A stretch of 62,788 bases of DNA, counting the filler, from Chiloscyllium plagiosum (taxonomy: Eukaryota): the NCBI RefSeq assembly GCF_004010195.1. It is 3 parts of one record of this genome, joined end to end, with 100 filler letters (N's around TTAATTAATTAA, not from the genome) between each part and the next. Parts side by side here need not be neighbours in the genome. Positions count along the whole stretch, not along the records: positions 1 to 31,619 come from NC_057713.1; 2 more parts are not named here. One strand, written 5' to 3'. A model generated the notes under the pieces. It was not told where the DNA came from and did not search any database. It saw only the letters and a program-made list of their open reading frames with translations. Made by a program: the position numbers and the translations under genes. Of the stretch, positions 1 through 13,111 are shown piece by piece. Within the stretch, counting starts at the first letter, position 1, and every line of letters starts with the position of its first letter.

Positions 1-810
1 CCCCAAGAGCACTAGCGAACCTCCCGCCAAGGATACTGGTGCCCCTCAGGTTCAGGTGTAGACCATCCTGTTTATAGAGGTCCCACCTTCCCCAGAAAGA
101 ATCCCAGTTATCCAAATACCGGGATCCCTCCCTCCTGCACCATTCCTGTAGCCACGCATTTAACTTTTCTCTCTCCCTATTCCTTGACTCTCTATCACGT
201 GGCACGGGTAACAAACCAGAGACAACAACTCTGTTTGTTCTAACTCTGAGCTTGCAACCTAGCTCCCTGAAAGCCTGCCTAACATCCTCAGCCCTCCTCC
301 TACCTATGTCATTGGTGCCAATGTGGACCACGACTTCGGGCTTCTCCCCCTCCCCCTTAAGGACCCAGAAAACACGATCAGAGACATCACGTACCCTTGC
401 ACCTGGGAGGCAACATACCAAACGTGAGTCTCTCTTGCCCCCACAAAACCGCCTATCTGTGCCCCGAACTATCGAGTCCCCAATTACTTTTGCTCTGCTC
501 TTCTCCACCCTTCCCTTCTGAGCAACGGGGACAGGCTCCGTGCCAGAGGCCTGAGCCCCATTACCTACCCCTGGTAAGTCGTCCCTGCGCGCTTTTATAA
601 GGAAAAAAACCTCTTCAGGTAAGCTTACGCTATACCTGCTTCCGGGTCCCGGCTGCCCCTCTGGTCTTCGTCACTTCCCCCTGCTGCTCCCGCTCTTTCT
701 GTGAAGAGAGAAAAAAAACACCGCTGCCCGCTACCGGTAAGTAATTTTAAAACAAACTGTCTCACCTTAGCTGTAGCCTTCCGGGTTCCTTTAAACTCTG
801 CTGCTGCTCG
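1..810 (-). mobile_element. CR1-clade LINE 5' part (5'UTR + ORF1 SGNH-esterase domain), runs off the window
   Basis: Minus-strand translation of about 300-410 gives LPGARVRDVSDRV...VVVHIGTNDIGR, the typical CR1 ORF1 esterase motif. Confidence 0.8.
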
Positions 811-814
811 CACT

Positions 815-890
815 CAAAGAGGGATGTGGGCCAAATGCTGGCAGAAAATGTTTGTTTCCATGCTGTACATCTCTGACTCTATGACGCCAT
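815..890 (+). mobile_element. CR1 LINE 3'-tail fragment
   Basis: gggccaaatgctggca...gtttccatgctgtacatctctgactctatga matches the CR1 3' ends at 23440-23550 and 48890-48997. Confidence 0.6.
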
Positions 891-1119
891 AACTTAATAT
901 TGAGATCATGTCATTATTTCACAGAACATTCCAGCATTACAATATATTATTGGCCACCTTGTCTTATAGTTTTGAACTACATGTATTCTGTTTCCCTTCA
1001 TCCTGGACAGAGATCAGACAGACTTTTTAAAATATGAGCATTTGTTATAGGCCTTTATTCTGCATCATGAATAAAAGACCTTTGGAATCTTTAGTCTTCA
1101 AATACATCATTGTGCTTTA

Positions 1120-1230
1120 TTTCTGTGTTCATGGGATGTGGGCATCACTGGCTTATCCAGCATTTATTTCCCAGAGGGCAGTTAAGAGTTAACCAAATTG
1201 CTGTGCGTGTTTGAAGTAACATGTAGTCCT
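1120..1230 (-). mobile_element. MetaSINE-like SINE 3' fragment
   Basis: agagggcagttaagagttaaccaaattgctgtg is the reverse complement of the Meta-domain-like ...cacagcaatgtggttgactcttaactgccctct; related copies at 3555-3630 and 25140-25440. Confidence 0.5.
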
Positions 1231-1649
1231 TGTAATTTATAAGGATAATAGGCTGAACCTTACATTTCCTTTGGCAAAGTTTGAGTTGTTGGAAGATTTT
1301 TGGAAGATTTGTCTCCCATGAGATTCACCACATTATCTGTAAACTACACCTTTATGGTGTCCCGCTCATAGTACTATCTGCTCAACAATGACAGACATAC
1401 TCGCTGGACCTCTTGGGATTCCCTGTGCCAGCAATATATCTAATGGCTGTCATGTGCCAGTCAAGAGGTACTCTTCACGGCACATGTAGTGGAAAGGGAA
1501 TGAAAAGAAACACTTCTGAGGGCATGTGGGTGACAATTCATTGCATATATAAGTGCAAACTCATAATGTATTTCTATTTTACATCATCACCTGCTTGACC
1601 AAATGTAGTTGTAACTACAGTATGCAAATCAAGCTATACCCACTACTCA

Positions 1650-2835
1650 TCCTAAAGCTACTCCTGCACCTTGAAAGCTGACCTCAAATTCACCTGACAC
1701 TTCCTTTACCTCTCCACCTGCATCCTCGGCAACTGACTTAGCACTGACATCTATTTCAAACTCCTACAGCTACCTCGACTACACCTCCTCCCACCTTCTG
1801 TCCGACAAAAATGTGATCCTGAAGTCCTAATTCCTATACCTCCACTGTATCTGCTCCCAGGATGATCAATTCTATTCCAGGACATCTCAGATGTCCTTCT
1901 TCTTTAAGGACCATAATTTCTCCTCTCTTGTGTTAAATGATGACCTCAACCAAATCTGCCTTCAATCCCACTCCAACCACAACAAAGATAGAGTCCCCCT
2001 GGTACTCACATTCTACCCCACTAATCTCCAAATCCAACATGTCATTGTGTGCCATTTTCATCACCTGCAGTCTGACCTCACCACCAGAAGGATATTTCCT
2101 TCCCCAACCCTATCTGCCTTTTGTAGGGACCTTTCCCTGCAGCTGCAGGAAGTGCAACACCTACCGCAACACCTCCCCCTTACCTCTGTCCAAGGCTCCA
2201 AAGAACCATACCAAGTCTTGCAAAGATTTACCTGCATTTCCTCTAGCCTGCATACATTAGTTCCGATGTGGTCTCCTCTATGTTGGAGGGACTGAACGAA
2301 AACTCGGGGACTGGCTCAGGGAACATCTATGGTTCACATGTTCCAATCAATCCCACATTCTGATTGCCAGATATGTCGATCGTTCCCCTTTCCACTCCCC
2401 CAATGACATGTCCATCCTGGGCCTCCTGCAATGTCAAAATATGGCAACACGCAAACTAGAGGAAGAACACCTCATCTATCGCCTCAGGAGCTTACAATCT
2501 TATGGTCTCAACGTAGATTAACACCAGCCTCCAAATCTCCTGAGCCCCCACTTCATCACGGGTCCAGCCTTCCCTCTCCTCACTGTCCCCTTGACCTGAC
2601 CTACTTGTTCATCTTTCTTCTCACCTATCCATGCCACCCTTCCAACTAACCAGCCACAATCACCTCCTACCTGCATACACCTATTGGCATCCTACCTATC
2701 CTCCCCCAGCCCCATCCCCCCATTTATTTCTCTGCTCCCTTCCCCTTCCCCAGCCCTGCTGGAAACATTGGCTCTCCTGCTTTTCTGACCCTGCTTGATC
2801 TGCTGTGCTTTTTCCAGCTCCACATTTTATTGACA
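1650..2835 (+). mobile_element. Penelope-like element, degenerate (RT C-terminus, GIY-YIG endonuclease, 3' pLTR)
   Basis: Fragments LSTDIYFK..SYLDYTSSH, DRVPLVLTFYP and LYVGGTERKLGDWLREH; frameshifted; ends in a pLTR-like tail. Confidence 0.8.
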
Positions 2836-3125
2836 CTACTCTTTCTAAGGGCCAAAACACCTTAGAAACCTATTTAAGGGAATGTTATTCTCTCCTAACA
2901 TTTAGTGCAACATAACATCTTTTAATTTTTTAATGCTGATAGTATTACATGCTAGAATGCCTTCAAATAATTCAAAATATTAACTTTTATTGAACAACAG
3001 CAAAAATGACATACAAATAAACAGACTGTTTGTCTTTTGAGTAACTTTAAATCTATTGCCAATAAATAATCAATGCACACAACTCACATCTTTTGGAACT
3101 GGTGGTAATTAAGTCCTTTTTTTTA

Positions 3126-3441
3126 TCATAGAATAGAATCCCTGCAGTGTGAAAACAGGCCCTTCGGCCCAACAAGTCCACACTGACCCTGCAAAGAGTA
3201 ACCCACCCAGACCCATTCCCCCTCCACTCTACATTTACCCCAGATTAACCTAACACCCCTGAACACTATGGGCAAATTAGCACGGCCAATTTACCTAACC
3301 TGCACGTCTTTGGATTGTGGGAGGAAACCCACACTGACACGGGGAGAATGTGCAAACTCCACACACAGTCACCCAAGGCAGGAATTGAATTCCAGGAATT
3401 GTTGCTGTGAGGCAACAATGTTAACCACTGAGCCACCATGC
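3126..3441 (-). mobile_element. HE1-like tRNA-derived SINE
   Basis: Reverse complement starts gcatggtggctcagtggttaacattg (A box) with a ttcaattcc B box, central gtttgcacattctccccgtgtc domain and a CR1-like tail. Confidence 0.85.
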
Positions 3442-3659
3442 TCATTTGATTACCAATGTGATCATTTTCTGAAGCCCTTTATTCTACATCATGAATAAAA
3501 GGCATTTGGAATCTACAGTGTCCAAACACATGGTTATGTTTTATTTCTATGTGTTGATGGGATGTGGGCTTGGCCAGCGGGCACTTAGGAGTTAACCAAA
3601 TTGCTGTGTGTATCTGAAGTAACATGTAGCTTGTTATGCTGAGTGTAGCATGACTATAT

Positions 3660-4075
3660 CACTCTGAAAGTAATGTTTCTCCTGCTCAATATCCTTATCC
3701 CCTTCTTTGGAAAACTGCTGCCAGCTTCCTAGGTCTTCAACATCTAATACATCCCTTTCTTCTGCTCCAGTTGTGCAGTGCACAGCATGCTACAATTATA
3801 GTCTAAAGTTTCAAGGACTGCAATTTCCCCTCCCACATGATCAACAATGCCCTCCACTGCATATCCTCCACTTTGTGCACCTCTGCCCTCGAACTGCAAC
3901 AAGAATAACGCCCCCTCCTGCCCAGTCCTTACTTGCCACCCCACAAATCTTTGGATACAGTGCATTATCCTTCACTATTTTCACTATCTACAGTCATAGT
4001 CATAGAGTAAATATATTTTCCTCCCCACTGCTATCTGCTTTCTGCAGAGACCAATCACTTTGTGACTCTCTCATT
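3660..4075 (+). mobile_element. Highly degenerate Penelope-like RT C-terminal fragment
   Basis: IFSSPLLSAFCRDQSLCDSL matches the same segment in the other Penelope copies (IFPSPTLSAFCRDLSL). Confidence 0.55.
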
Positions 4076-4080
4076 AGTCA

Positions 4081-5905
4081 AAAGTGAGGACTGCAGATGC
4101 TGGAAATCAGAGTCTAGATTAGAGTGGTGCTGGAAAAGCACAGCCGGTCAGGCAGTATCTGAGGAGCAGGAAAATCAACGTTTCGGGCAAAAGCTCTTCA
4201 TCAGGACTGAAGGCAGGGAGCCTCCATGGTGGAGAGGTAAATGGGAGGGAAGTGGGCTGGGGAGAAGGTAGCAAAGAGTATAATGGGTGGATGGAGGTGG
4301 GGATGAAGGTGATCGGTCAGAAAAGAGGGTGGAGCGGATAGGTAGGAAGGAAGATTGGCAGGTAGGACCGGTTATGAGGATGATGTTGAGTTGGAAGGTG
4401 GGAGGAGGGGAAATGAGGAAACTGGTGAAGTCCACATTGATGCCCTGGGGTTGAAGTGTTCCGAGGTGGAAGATGAGGCGTTCTTCCTCAAGGCATGGGT
4501 GGTGAGGGAGTGGCGATAGAGGAGGCCCAGAACCTGCATATCCTCGGCAGAGTGGGAGGGGCAAGTTGAAATGTTGGACCACGGTGTTGTGGGGTTCGTT
4601 GGTGCAGGTGTCCCGGAGATGTTTCCTAAAGTGCTCTGCGAGAAGACGTCCAGTCTCCCCAATGTAGAGGAAACCGCATCGGGAGCAATGGATACAATAA
4701 ATGACTTTAGTGGATGTGCAGGTGAACCTTTGATGGATGTGGAAGCTGCTTTGGGGCCTTGGATGGAGGTGAGAGGGGAAGTGTGGGCACAGGTTTTGCA
4801 ATTCCGGCGGTGGCAAGGGAAGGTGCCAGGAGGGGAGGGTGGGTTGTTGCGGGCCGTGGCCTGACCAGATAGTCATGGAGGGAATGGTCTTTGTGGAAGT
4901 TGGAAATGGGTGGGGAGGAAAATATATGGTAGGGAGGGTGGTGGGGTCCGTTTGTAGGTGGCAGCAATGTCGGTGGANNNNNNNNNNNNNNNNNNNNNNN
5001 NNNNNNNNNNNNNNNNNNNNNNNNNNNNNNNNNNNNNNNNNNNNNNNNNNNNNNNNNNNNNNNNNNNNNNNNNNNNNNNNNNNNNNNNNNNNNNNNNNNN
5101 NNNNNNNNNNNNNNNNNNNNNNNNNNNNNNNNNNNNNNNNNNNNNNNNNNNNNNNNNNNNNNNNNNNNNNNNNNNNNNNNNNNNNNNNNNNNNNNNNNNN
5201 NNNNNNNNNNNNNNNNNNNNNNNNNNNNNNNNNNNNNNNNNNNNNNNNNNNNNNNNNNNNNNNNNNNNNNNNNNNNNNNNNNNNNNNNNNNNNNNNNNNN
5301 NNNNNNNNNNNNNNNNNNNNNNNNNNNNNNNNNNNNNNNNNNNNNNNNNNNNNNNNNNNNNNNNNNNNNNNNNNNNNNNNNNNNNNNNNNNNNNNNNNNN
5401 NNNNNNNNNNNNNNNNNNNNNNNNNNNNNNNNNNNNNNNNNNNNNNNNNNNNNNNNNNNNNNNNNNNNNNNNNNNNNNNNNNNNNNNNNNNNNNNNNNNN
5501 NNNNNNNNNNNNNNNNNNNNNNNNNNNNNNNNNNNNNNNNNNNNNNNNNNNNNNNNNNNNNNNNNNNNNNNNNNNNNNNNNNNNNNNNNNNNNNNNNNNN
5601 NNNNNNNNNNNNNNNNNNNNNNNNNNNNNNNNNNNNNNNNNNNNNNNNNNNNNNNNNNNNNNNNNNNNNNNNNNNNNNNNNNNNNNNNNNNNNNNNNNNN
5701 NNNNCCACAATTACCCCCCACCTGCACCCACCTGCTGCCATTCCACCCACCTTGCCTCCAGCCTCATCCCACCCCCCTATTTATCTCTCAGTCCCCTTTC
5801 CCCCTCCTCATTCCTGATGAAAGACTTGTGCTTGAAATGTCGACTGCGCTGCTCCTTGGATGCCGTCAGACCTGCTGTGCTTTTCTAGCATCACACTTTT
5901 TGACT
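4081..5905 (-). mobile_element. Penelope-like element (GIY-YIG + pLTR) with an inverted pLTR copy after the gap
   Basis: Minus ORF has VIYCIHCSRCGFLYIGETGRLLAEHFRKH (GIY-YIG); 5705-5905 is a plus-strand pLTR complementary to about 4120-4310; N gap 4978-5704. Confidence 0.85.
4177..4204 (-). ncRNA. Minimal hammerhead ribozyme motif in Penelope pLTR
   Basis: Minus strand CTGATGA-A-GAGC-TTTT-GCCC-GAAAC-GTT: catalytic boxes flanking a short stem II with one mismatch. Confidence 0.55.
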
Positions 5906-6881
5906 CATTCTTATCCTGCCAGACCTGTTGGGTTTCTGTAGTACTTCCTGTTTTTATTTCAGATCTCTAGCATCTGCAGTACTTTGCTTTTATTTAAATT
6001 TCCTGCAGCCTTTTTTATTTGAAATAATTGTAATATTGAACTGTGTTTTATCCATGCTGCTGCTGACTAAATACTCACACATGCGTTCCACTAGCTTTGA
6101 TGTTTTGAAGCTAATCTGCCGATCTTAAAGGGGAACAGTACTCATTATAATAACATTACTGACGACTGCCTGTAACTGTAAGGAGGCTTCTAACAGCAAA
6201 GAAAGAGATATTAGAATTACTTAGATGTTGCATTCGAAGCCCTAATCTAGAAAGTTGCTGTCAAAGACAATTCAAATTTCTTTGGATTTCAGAGAGGGCA
6301 GTAAGCTATAATGGACTACCTTAGATGTGAATGGGGGCAGATGGCTAGGGAGGTTAGTTCTTAGAGTCTGATGCTGAGTTCCTGGCAGCAGTGCCAGGAT
6401 CATAAATGCATCTTCAATGACATTTCTACCTACTTCATCTACCACTACTCATGCTGCCTAATGCACCACAGCCCGTCACTCAACCATTGTAAATCTTTAT
6501 TGATTAGAATTCAGATCTGACATTCTCTGCCTCATCGTCACATACCCATCAATAATACCAGCAAGAATGATGCTATGTTCTTGGGTGGTGCCTCCAACAA
6601 TTCATCTATGGCAGAAGCACCACTCAAGAACATGGTATCATTCTTGTTGGCATTCTGTCTTCCCTGCAAACCTGTAACTGTCACCCTTAAGACAGGAACA
6701 GACTTCTGTAGATGGATCACATAATTCGTTTAGATTCCCTATGAAAAATCAGAAACACACCCTTACAAAACTAATAAATCACTCAAGAACACACCACAGT
6801 ACTTCCACAAACTTAGCAAGAATAGAATAACTCAAATGCTTTTCATCTGTAAGTTGGATGGCTATTCCAATGTAGAGTGAT

Positions 6882-7093
6882 TGTAACAAAGTCAGCCAGC
6901 TGGACATTATAGAATATTAGTTCTCTGTTGAACTGGTCTAATCAGGGACCCTGACTGACATAAACAAGGGAGTGTCTGAGATACTGACATTTTGATAGCT
7001 GACTCTGAAGAGGCAATACTAATGTCATAGTTGGTCATAAGTAAATAAAGGATGAGTTGGTGACGGGACATCAGCCTTTGTGGAGTTATTTCA
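6882..7093 (+). mobile_element. Solo LTR (about 212 bp)
   Basis: TGTAA...TTTCA termini, AATAAA at about 7044, near-TSD tgat/taat. Confidence 0.6.
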
Positions 7094-10000
7094 TAATGCT
7101 TGTTGACTGGACAGAAGGTTGCTCACCCAGCTGAAAGTAGGCATTTTTATATGGCATTCACTGGACATGTGTAATCAAACATGGCAGAGCATGTACAGTA
7201 TTACTTAACTAAGAGGCTACCCACTTTCCCAATTTCCAGCACAGCATGCTACAACTTTATCAGTACTCTTATGACCTGGGGCTATGTGCTAGAAGGTAGC
7301 TAGAAGTGCTGTGCATGCTAGCTAAAGGGGCAATGCCTCTGGTACCACTGGCTCAAGCACAATATAGACAGGCTGCCTGTCTGAGTGAGGGCTTTTTTTG
7401 AAATCTGTTTCTTTTTGAAGAACCTCACGGTATCTTGAGCTATGCATGCATTCCATGTTGAGGGTCATGATGGAGGTATCATAATGGACCAAATGCTGAA
7501 TTAGAAATAAAAGTCCCTAACAGGTCTGTGGGCAACTAACACTAAGGTGAATGGTGAAAGTCATTTCTTCACTACTGACTGCAAGATCTAAACTAACATT
7601 TATTTTCCTAATAATTTTGATAATTACAGGACACAGATGTTTCAATTTGCTTCACTCAATGATTTGCTCTGTTGGCCAATGTGCAGTTTAATTACTCTGG
7701 ATCCTCACTGAAGATGCATAGGGTCACATTGTAGAGCTAGAAACTTTGATGCTGTTATAAAATTTGAAAGTGTCATTATTTCTGTTGTTAGTTGCAGCTG
7801 GATTTGTCAGTACCAGATTGTACAAAATGCACCAGATGATGACTGTTATGTTGCATATTGTGTTAATAATACTGCAAATTACCGCCAAAACTGTCCAGAT
7901 GGTGGAATTGTACCCATGCCAAGTTGCATCTCACCTCACTCTCACTGAGATATCCTGATTCAAATCGCTTACTGTGTGGCAAGGGTGTCCATTTTACTTC
8001 AGGACATCCAATAATTGACAAAAAGAGAAGGAAGAATTCCTTCTAAAAGCATTATTGTAGACTTATTTCCTTTGGTTGAAATGTGAGTATTGTAGATTTG
8101 ATTACAAACTGACTGCACTCCCCCTTTCTATTCTCCTTTCATACGCTAGTGGTACTCTAATAGCCAAATCAGTGCATCCACTGCTCCACACATCCGCACC
8201 ATTTTGAGAAAGCTTGTTATTCCCTCATGTTGAGAACTTAAGATAATGGCAGAATGAAATGAATTTCCCAGTTTTAATAATCAAAGCATCAGTGCCCTGC
8301 CATTTGCAGTGGTGGACTGTTGGTTATGAAATACTTGACTGACTGCATAAAATAGCAGCACTCTCTATACATCACCCTTGTCAGATAGAATAGCTGAACA
8401 ACCTCTGCTTCTTTTGTTCTCTGTACTAAAGATCTGTGAAAGCTTGTACTAAAGGTTATGGATTGCCATGTCATTTAGATCCATATAACATGTAATATAT
8501 GCTTAGGTTCTGCAAATTGTTCCAAATTGATAGTATTGGCATAGATTTCAGCTTTCACTTAAGAAAATAATATTATGTTAATATTTAGATTTTGGAATGA
8601 GATATTTGCCTAGCCATGCGAAATAACAATTCAAAAATTTTATCAAATATTTTTGTATTATTAAAACTTAATATTAAATATTAATACTTAAAACTGAATG
8701 CCATTTCTAGCATTCAGTCTTCGAAACTATCTTTTTTTTAACTTCTATTAGGTTGAAATGTTAAGTAGGATCATCGTAGAAATGAACACGAATGAAGTAT
8801 TTTATTTCAGAGTAGTATACTATCTCGTTATCAACATTTCTCTTACATGAAATGATTATTCCAGCCTTGTGACTGTGGGGACAATTTGCACTGGCAGCTG
8901 GCAATTTATTGAAGTCTGTACCATTATGCTCTGAGCATTTCCAATTATCCCTTTACCAGGTCAGTCAAAAATGTGAAACTGTTCAGAATGAGATGGAATC
9001 AAATAGACACCTGACAAAAGCATTCATCTCTGTACTGCTTTATGAACTACTTACAATCTGTCATTTTGATATTTAACAGCAGACTTACAGAAGAACAGAA
9101 TACATGAAGTAACCTGTATTCAGTACTTTATAACTGGCCAATGTAAAATATTTTGTGAGGGAGTAATGAGTCAGAATAAGGATCAGCGTACCAATGAGAA
9201 AAGAGATTTGGGAGCTATTATGAAAATATCATTGAAACCATTACGGTAGTGCAAATAGTGAAAATAAGTTATTATTCTTCAATGGTAAAGGGATGGAGTG
9301 AAAATCTAAAACAATATTATCTGTTCTGTATATCGCATTGCTTGGTTCCACATACAGTAGCTTGTGATCAAAAAGAATCGATGGTCTTTCAAATTTTCTA
9401 TATGAAATGACTGAGATTCCCAATACAGAAAAAAACACATTTGTCCCATCATTTTCAGTGAAGCAATCAAAACATTCTCCTTCTCTATTTTCTGTGCCCT
9501 TACTCATCTAACATCTCCAGCTTCAATATTTATTTGATATTATCTGAAAATGTTCAATATACAATCACTTCCCATGGATAACATTGCATGCTCCATTGCA
9601 TGTTCTTTGTAGAGGTTTCATCCTCTGTTAAATGCAGGGTTTTAACTCTTAATCAAGTAATACAGACTTTAGTGATCTAAGCTTTAAAAGAAAAGGTAGT
9701 TACTGTGCATTTGTTGAATGCAAGTTGTTGGCATTTTGAAGACTTCACATTGTTCATTATTACCTCCCAATACACCATTTAGAAACAGACATAAGATGGT
9801 CTGGTATCCATCAGATGATCACCAAGCACACCTCTGTAAAATTCAAGCAGCAGTTCAAGTACCTGATAGTTCTGGTATATTGTTTATGACAGAATTCATG
9901 TACTGTTCTTTTGGACTGCATGCCACATAATGTTTCTCAACAATGAATAATGTAATTTTAACTGGGCATTTCACTTGACGTGGCAATGCTTACATTGAAG

Positions 10001-10359
10001 TAATTAGATGTGGATATCATGGTATTGAAGAAATCAGAATATTTTTATTACAACTAGCTATTATTAGCATTCAATTCACAGACATAGCAGTATTTGGGCT
10101 AACATTAAGCTGTTAAGTCAAACAAAACTGTATGCTTTCAGTCGACAGTCATGCTAAATTAATTCCAGGGTACTTATGAGCATGGGATATCGATATGAAG
10201 TGATTTATAATTTCAACTCTAATTTAGATCAGGAGTATTTTTGTTAACTTCTATCCATTGAGTTCAAGTCAGTCAATCCTTTCAACGCTTCATCTTGGGG
10301 TTTAGGATAGACATAACCATCCACAGGGGAAGAGGTTACCTCAAACAACCTACTCAATT

Positions 10360-11162
10360 TTAAAAATCACACAACACCAGGTTATAGTCCAACAGGTTTA
10401 ATTGGAAGCACACTAGCTTTCGGAGCGACGCTCCTTCATCAGGTGATTCTGGAGGCTCGATCGTAACACAGAATTTATAGCAAAAATTTGCAGTGTGATG
10501 TAACTGAAATTATACATTGAAGAATTGATTGTCTGTTAAGCCTCCCACAAAATATATGTGTGCATGTGAGTCTTTGTCTGTCTGTGTGTGTGTCTGTCTG
10601 GGGTGAGGGTTGTGAGTGTGAGAATGTGTGTGTGTGTGTGTAGTGTAATGTGACATGAACCCAAAGTCCCAGTTGAGGCCCTTTCGGGTGGGTACCGAAC
10701 TTAGCTATCAGCCTCTGCTCGGCAGTTGGGGAACACTTCAGTGGTCCAGCATATTCAGCCTCGGACCTTCGGGTGACCATCCTCCAAGGTGGACTTCGGG
10801 ACAGGCAGCAGAGGAAAGTGGCCGAGCAGAGGCTGATAGCTAAGTTCGGTACCCATAGGGAGGGCCTCAACCGGGACCTTGGGTTCATGTCACATTACAG
10901 GTGATCACCATTGCACTGCACACGCACACACACAGGTATTCCTACACACACACACTCTCACATACACACGGACACAGGTACACACAGACGCGCTCACAGG
11001 AACCCACACACACTCCCACACATGCACCCCCTCACAGACTTAAGACACTCTGCACTCACTACACACACACACACACACACTTTCTCACACTCACACACCC
11101 CAACCCAGACAGACACACACACACCCAGACAAAGACCCACATGCACACATATATTTTGTGTG
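10360..11162. mobile_element. Penelope-like 3' fragment with internal fold-back and (CA)n-rich 3'UTR
   Basis: AEQRLIAKFGTH..GLNRDLG (GIY-YIG C-terminus) occurs on both strands (10655-10720 minus, 10820-10900 plus); pLTR at 10360-10545 on minus. Confidence 0.75.
10411..10445 (-). ncRNA. Minimal type I hammerhead ribozyme (Penelope pLTR family 2)
   Basis: Minus: CAC-CTGATGA-A-GGAGC-GTC-GCTCC-GAAA-GCTA-GTG; stem I CAC/GTG, perfect 5-bp stem II, palindromic AGCT in place of stem III. Confidence 0.7.
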
Positions 11163-11164
11163 GT

Positions 11165-11305
11165 GAATTTTTTGGTTAGGTTTGGTTAATGTGAGGTTAC
11201 AAGGTTAGGGTGGGGGTATAGGTCTGGGTGGGATGCTCTTTGGAGTGTTATTACCGACTCAATGGGTCAAATGGCCTCTGTCGTCACTATAGGAATTTTG
11301 ATTCT
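11165..11305 (+). mobile_element. HE1-like SINE 3' fragment
   Basis: ggtctgggtgggatgctctttggag...aatggcctctg...ataggaattttgattc resembles the HE1 tail. Confidence 0.55.
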
Positions 11306-11370
11306 ATAAACAGTATATTTTACCTGATGTGGCCGTGTGCATATTACCTCCAATAAAAGCAGAACATGGG

Positions 11371-11682
11371 TAGATTAGATTAGATTAGAGTACTTACAGT
11401 GTGGAAACAGGCCCTTCGGCCCAACAAGTCCACACCGCCCCGCCGAAGCACAACCCACCCATACCCCTGCATTCACCCCTTACCTAACTCTACTGGCAAT
11501 TTAGCGTGGCCAATTTACCTGACCTACACATCTTTGGACTGTGGGAGGAAACTGGAGCACCCAGAGGAAACCCACGTCGAGAACGTGCAAACTCCACACA
11601 GTCAGTCGCCTGAGGCGGGAATTGAACCCGGGTCTCTGGCACTGTGAGGCCGTAGTGCTAACCACTGTGCCACCGTGCCGCC
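11371..11682 (-). mobile_element. HE1-like SINE, full length, 8-bp TSD
   Basis: tRNA head ggcacggtggcacagtggttagcact, (TCTAA)n tail, TSD catgggta on both sides. Confidence 0.9.
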
Positions 11683-12526
11683 CATGGGTATTGAAGTTAT
11701 TACGTATAACATTAATTCATACATGCATCAGCACCAATTGATTTACAATTTTACCAATATATTTAATTAATTAATTTAATTTGTAATTAAGCTATTAATT
11801 TACCCCAAATAGTATGGTTTTCAGAATGCAATGTCATGCTTCAAGAGATCTAAGCACAAGATAGAGTATAAGAACTTTATACCATTAAGTTTCATGCTAT
11901 GATATAGTGACAATGATGATATTAATATTTCACTTAAACGTCTAGTGACATATTGACCATGAGACATATTACAACAGTATACATCATCTTGGAGTTCTCA
12001 GAAGAGAAAGGTCCTCAGGCATGACATGGACTACCAATAGCAGCAGCAGAAAACTAGAGAATAGTACCTGATTACTACTGTGATTACATTTTGCTCCATG
12101 TTGGATTTTGGGATGATTGCTTCTGTTGTTCAGGAGTGAAGGATCGGTCAGATGCTGAAAAAGCCGTCTTAGTAAGAGGATTAAATTACAACTTCCCGGA
12201 TGCAGACAAAAAAGATTTCTTAGCAGCAGTAGAAACATCTGAACTACAGAAGCAATCATCTCAACATCCACAAATGAAGCTGCATTAGAACATTATTTTA
12301 ACAAGCCACCACATACTGCAGCACAGAGGAGCCAGAAAGAGCAGAGGAAAGTCACCTATACAGTGTATTCAAAAAGAACGGGTACCCAATGAACACAGTC
12401 CACCGATTTCTCAGCAACAAACCCAAACAAGCAGACAAAACCACGTCCAGAACCCTAGCCATACTCCCCTACATCAAAGACATCTAGGAAATGACTGCCA
12501 GACTATTCAGACCTCTTAGCACCATG

Positions 12527-12702
12527 ATTAGATTAGATTACATTACAGTGTGGAAACAGGCCCTTCGGCCCAACAAGTCCACACCGACCCGCCGAAGCGT
12601 AACCCACCCATACCCCTACATTTACCCCTTACCTAACCCTAACCCTACAGGCAATTTAGCATGGCCAATTCACCTGACCTGCACATCTTTGGACTGTGGG
12701 AG
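12527..12702 (-). mobile_element. HE1-like SINE (3' half, cut by gap) nested in Penelope element
   Basis: Nearly identical to 11371-11550. Confidence 0.85.
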
Positions 12703-13077
12703 NNNNNNNNNNNNNNNNNNNNATACAGACAACAAGCAAAACTAATGTTATTTACAAAATACCTTGCAAGAACTGTAACAAACACTACATTGGACAAACA
12801 GGCAGAAAACTAGCCACCAGGATACATGAACATCAACTAGCCACAAAAAGACATGACCCACTCTCACAAGTATCTTTACATACAGATAAGGAAGGACACC
12901 ACTTTGACTGGGACAACATATCCATGCTAGGACAAGCCAAACAGAGAAACACGCGAGAATTCCGAGAAGCATGGCACTCCAATCACATTACCACAAGAAG
13001 CTACATCACCAACCCAAGGAAACCTAAACACATGAATAAAAAGCGGCCATGCCACCAGTACGTGATCCCGAAGCTCA

Positions 13078-13111
13078 CTGATGATGTTACCTAGTATGGT
13101 GATGAAACATC
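13078..13111 (+). ncRNA. Hammerhead ribozyme motif (decayed) in Penelope pLTR family 3
   Basis: CTGATGA-T-GTTACC-TAGTAT-GGTGAT-GAAAC-ATC; 6-bp stem II with G-U pairs; ATC would be GTC after CpG decay. Confidence 0.55.

Noticed and set aside
570..745. Three GGTAAG donor-like sites on the plus strand
   Set aside because: They lie in the antisense of a CR1 5' region with no supporting exon structure
4175..5941. Long ORFs of 284-511 aa
   Set aside because: They run through a 727-N gap; the real parts are Penelope fragments
10901..11189. His/Thr-rich ORFs
   Set aside because: Translation of (CA)n microsatellite in a Penelope 3'UTR
12091..12288. Possible host exon after ttgttcag (GVKDRSDAEKAVLVRGLNYN)
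   Set aside because: The peptide matches the Penelope N-terminal LSxGLNF-type region and continues into RT and GIY-YIG remnants
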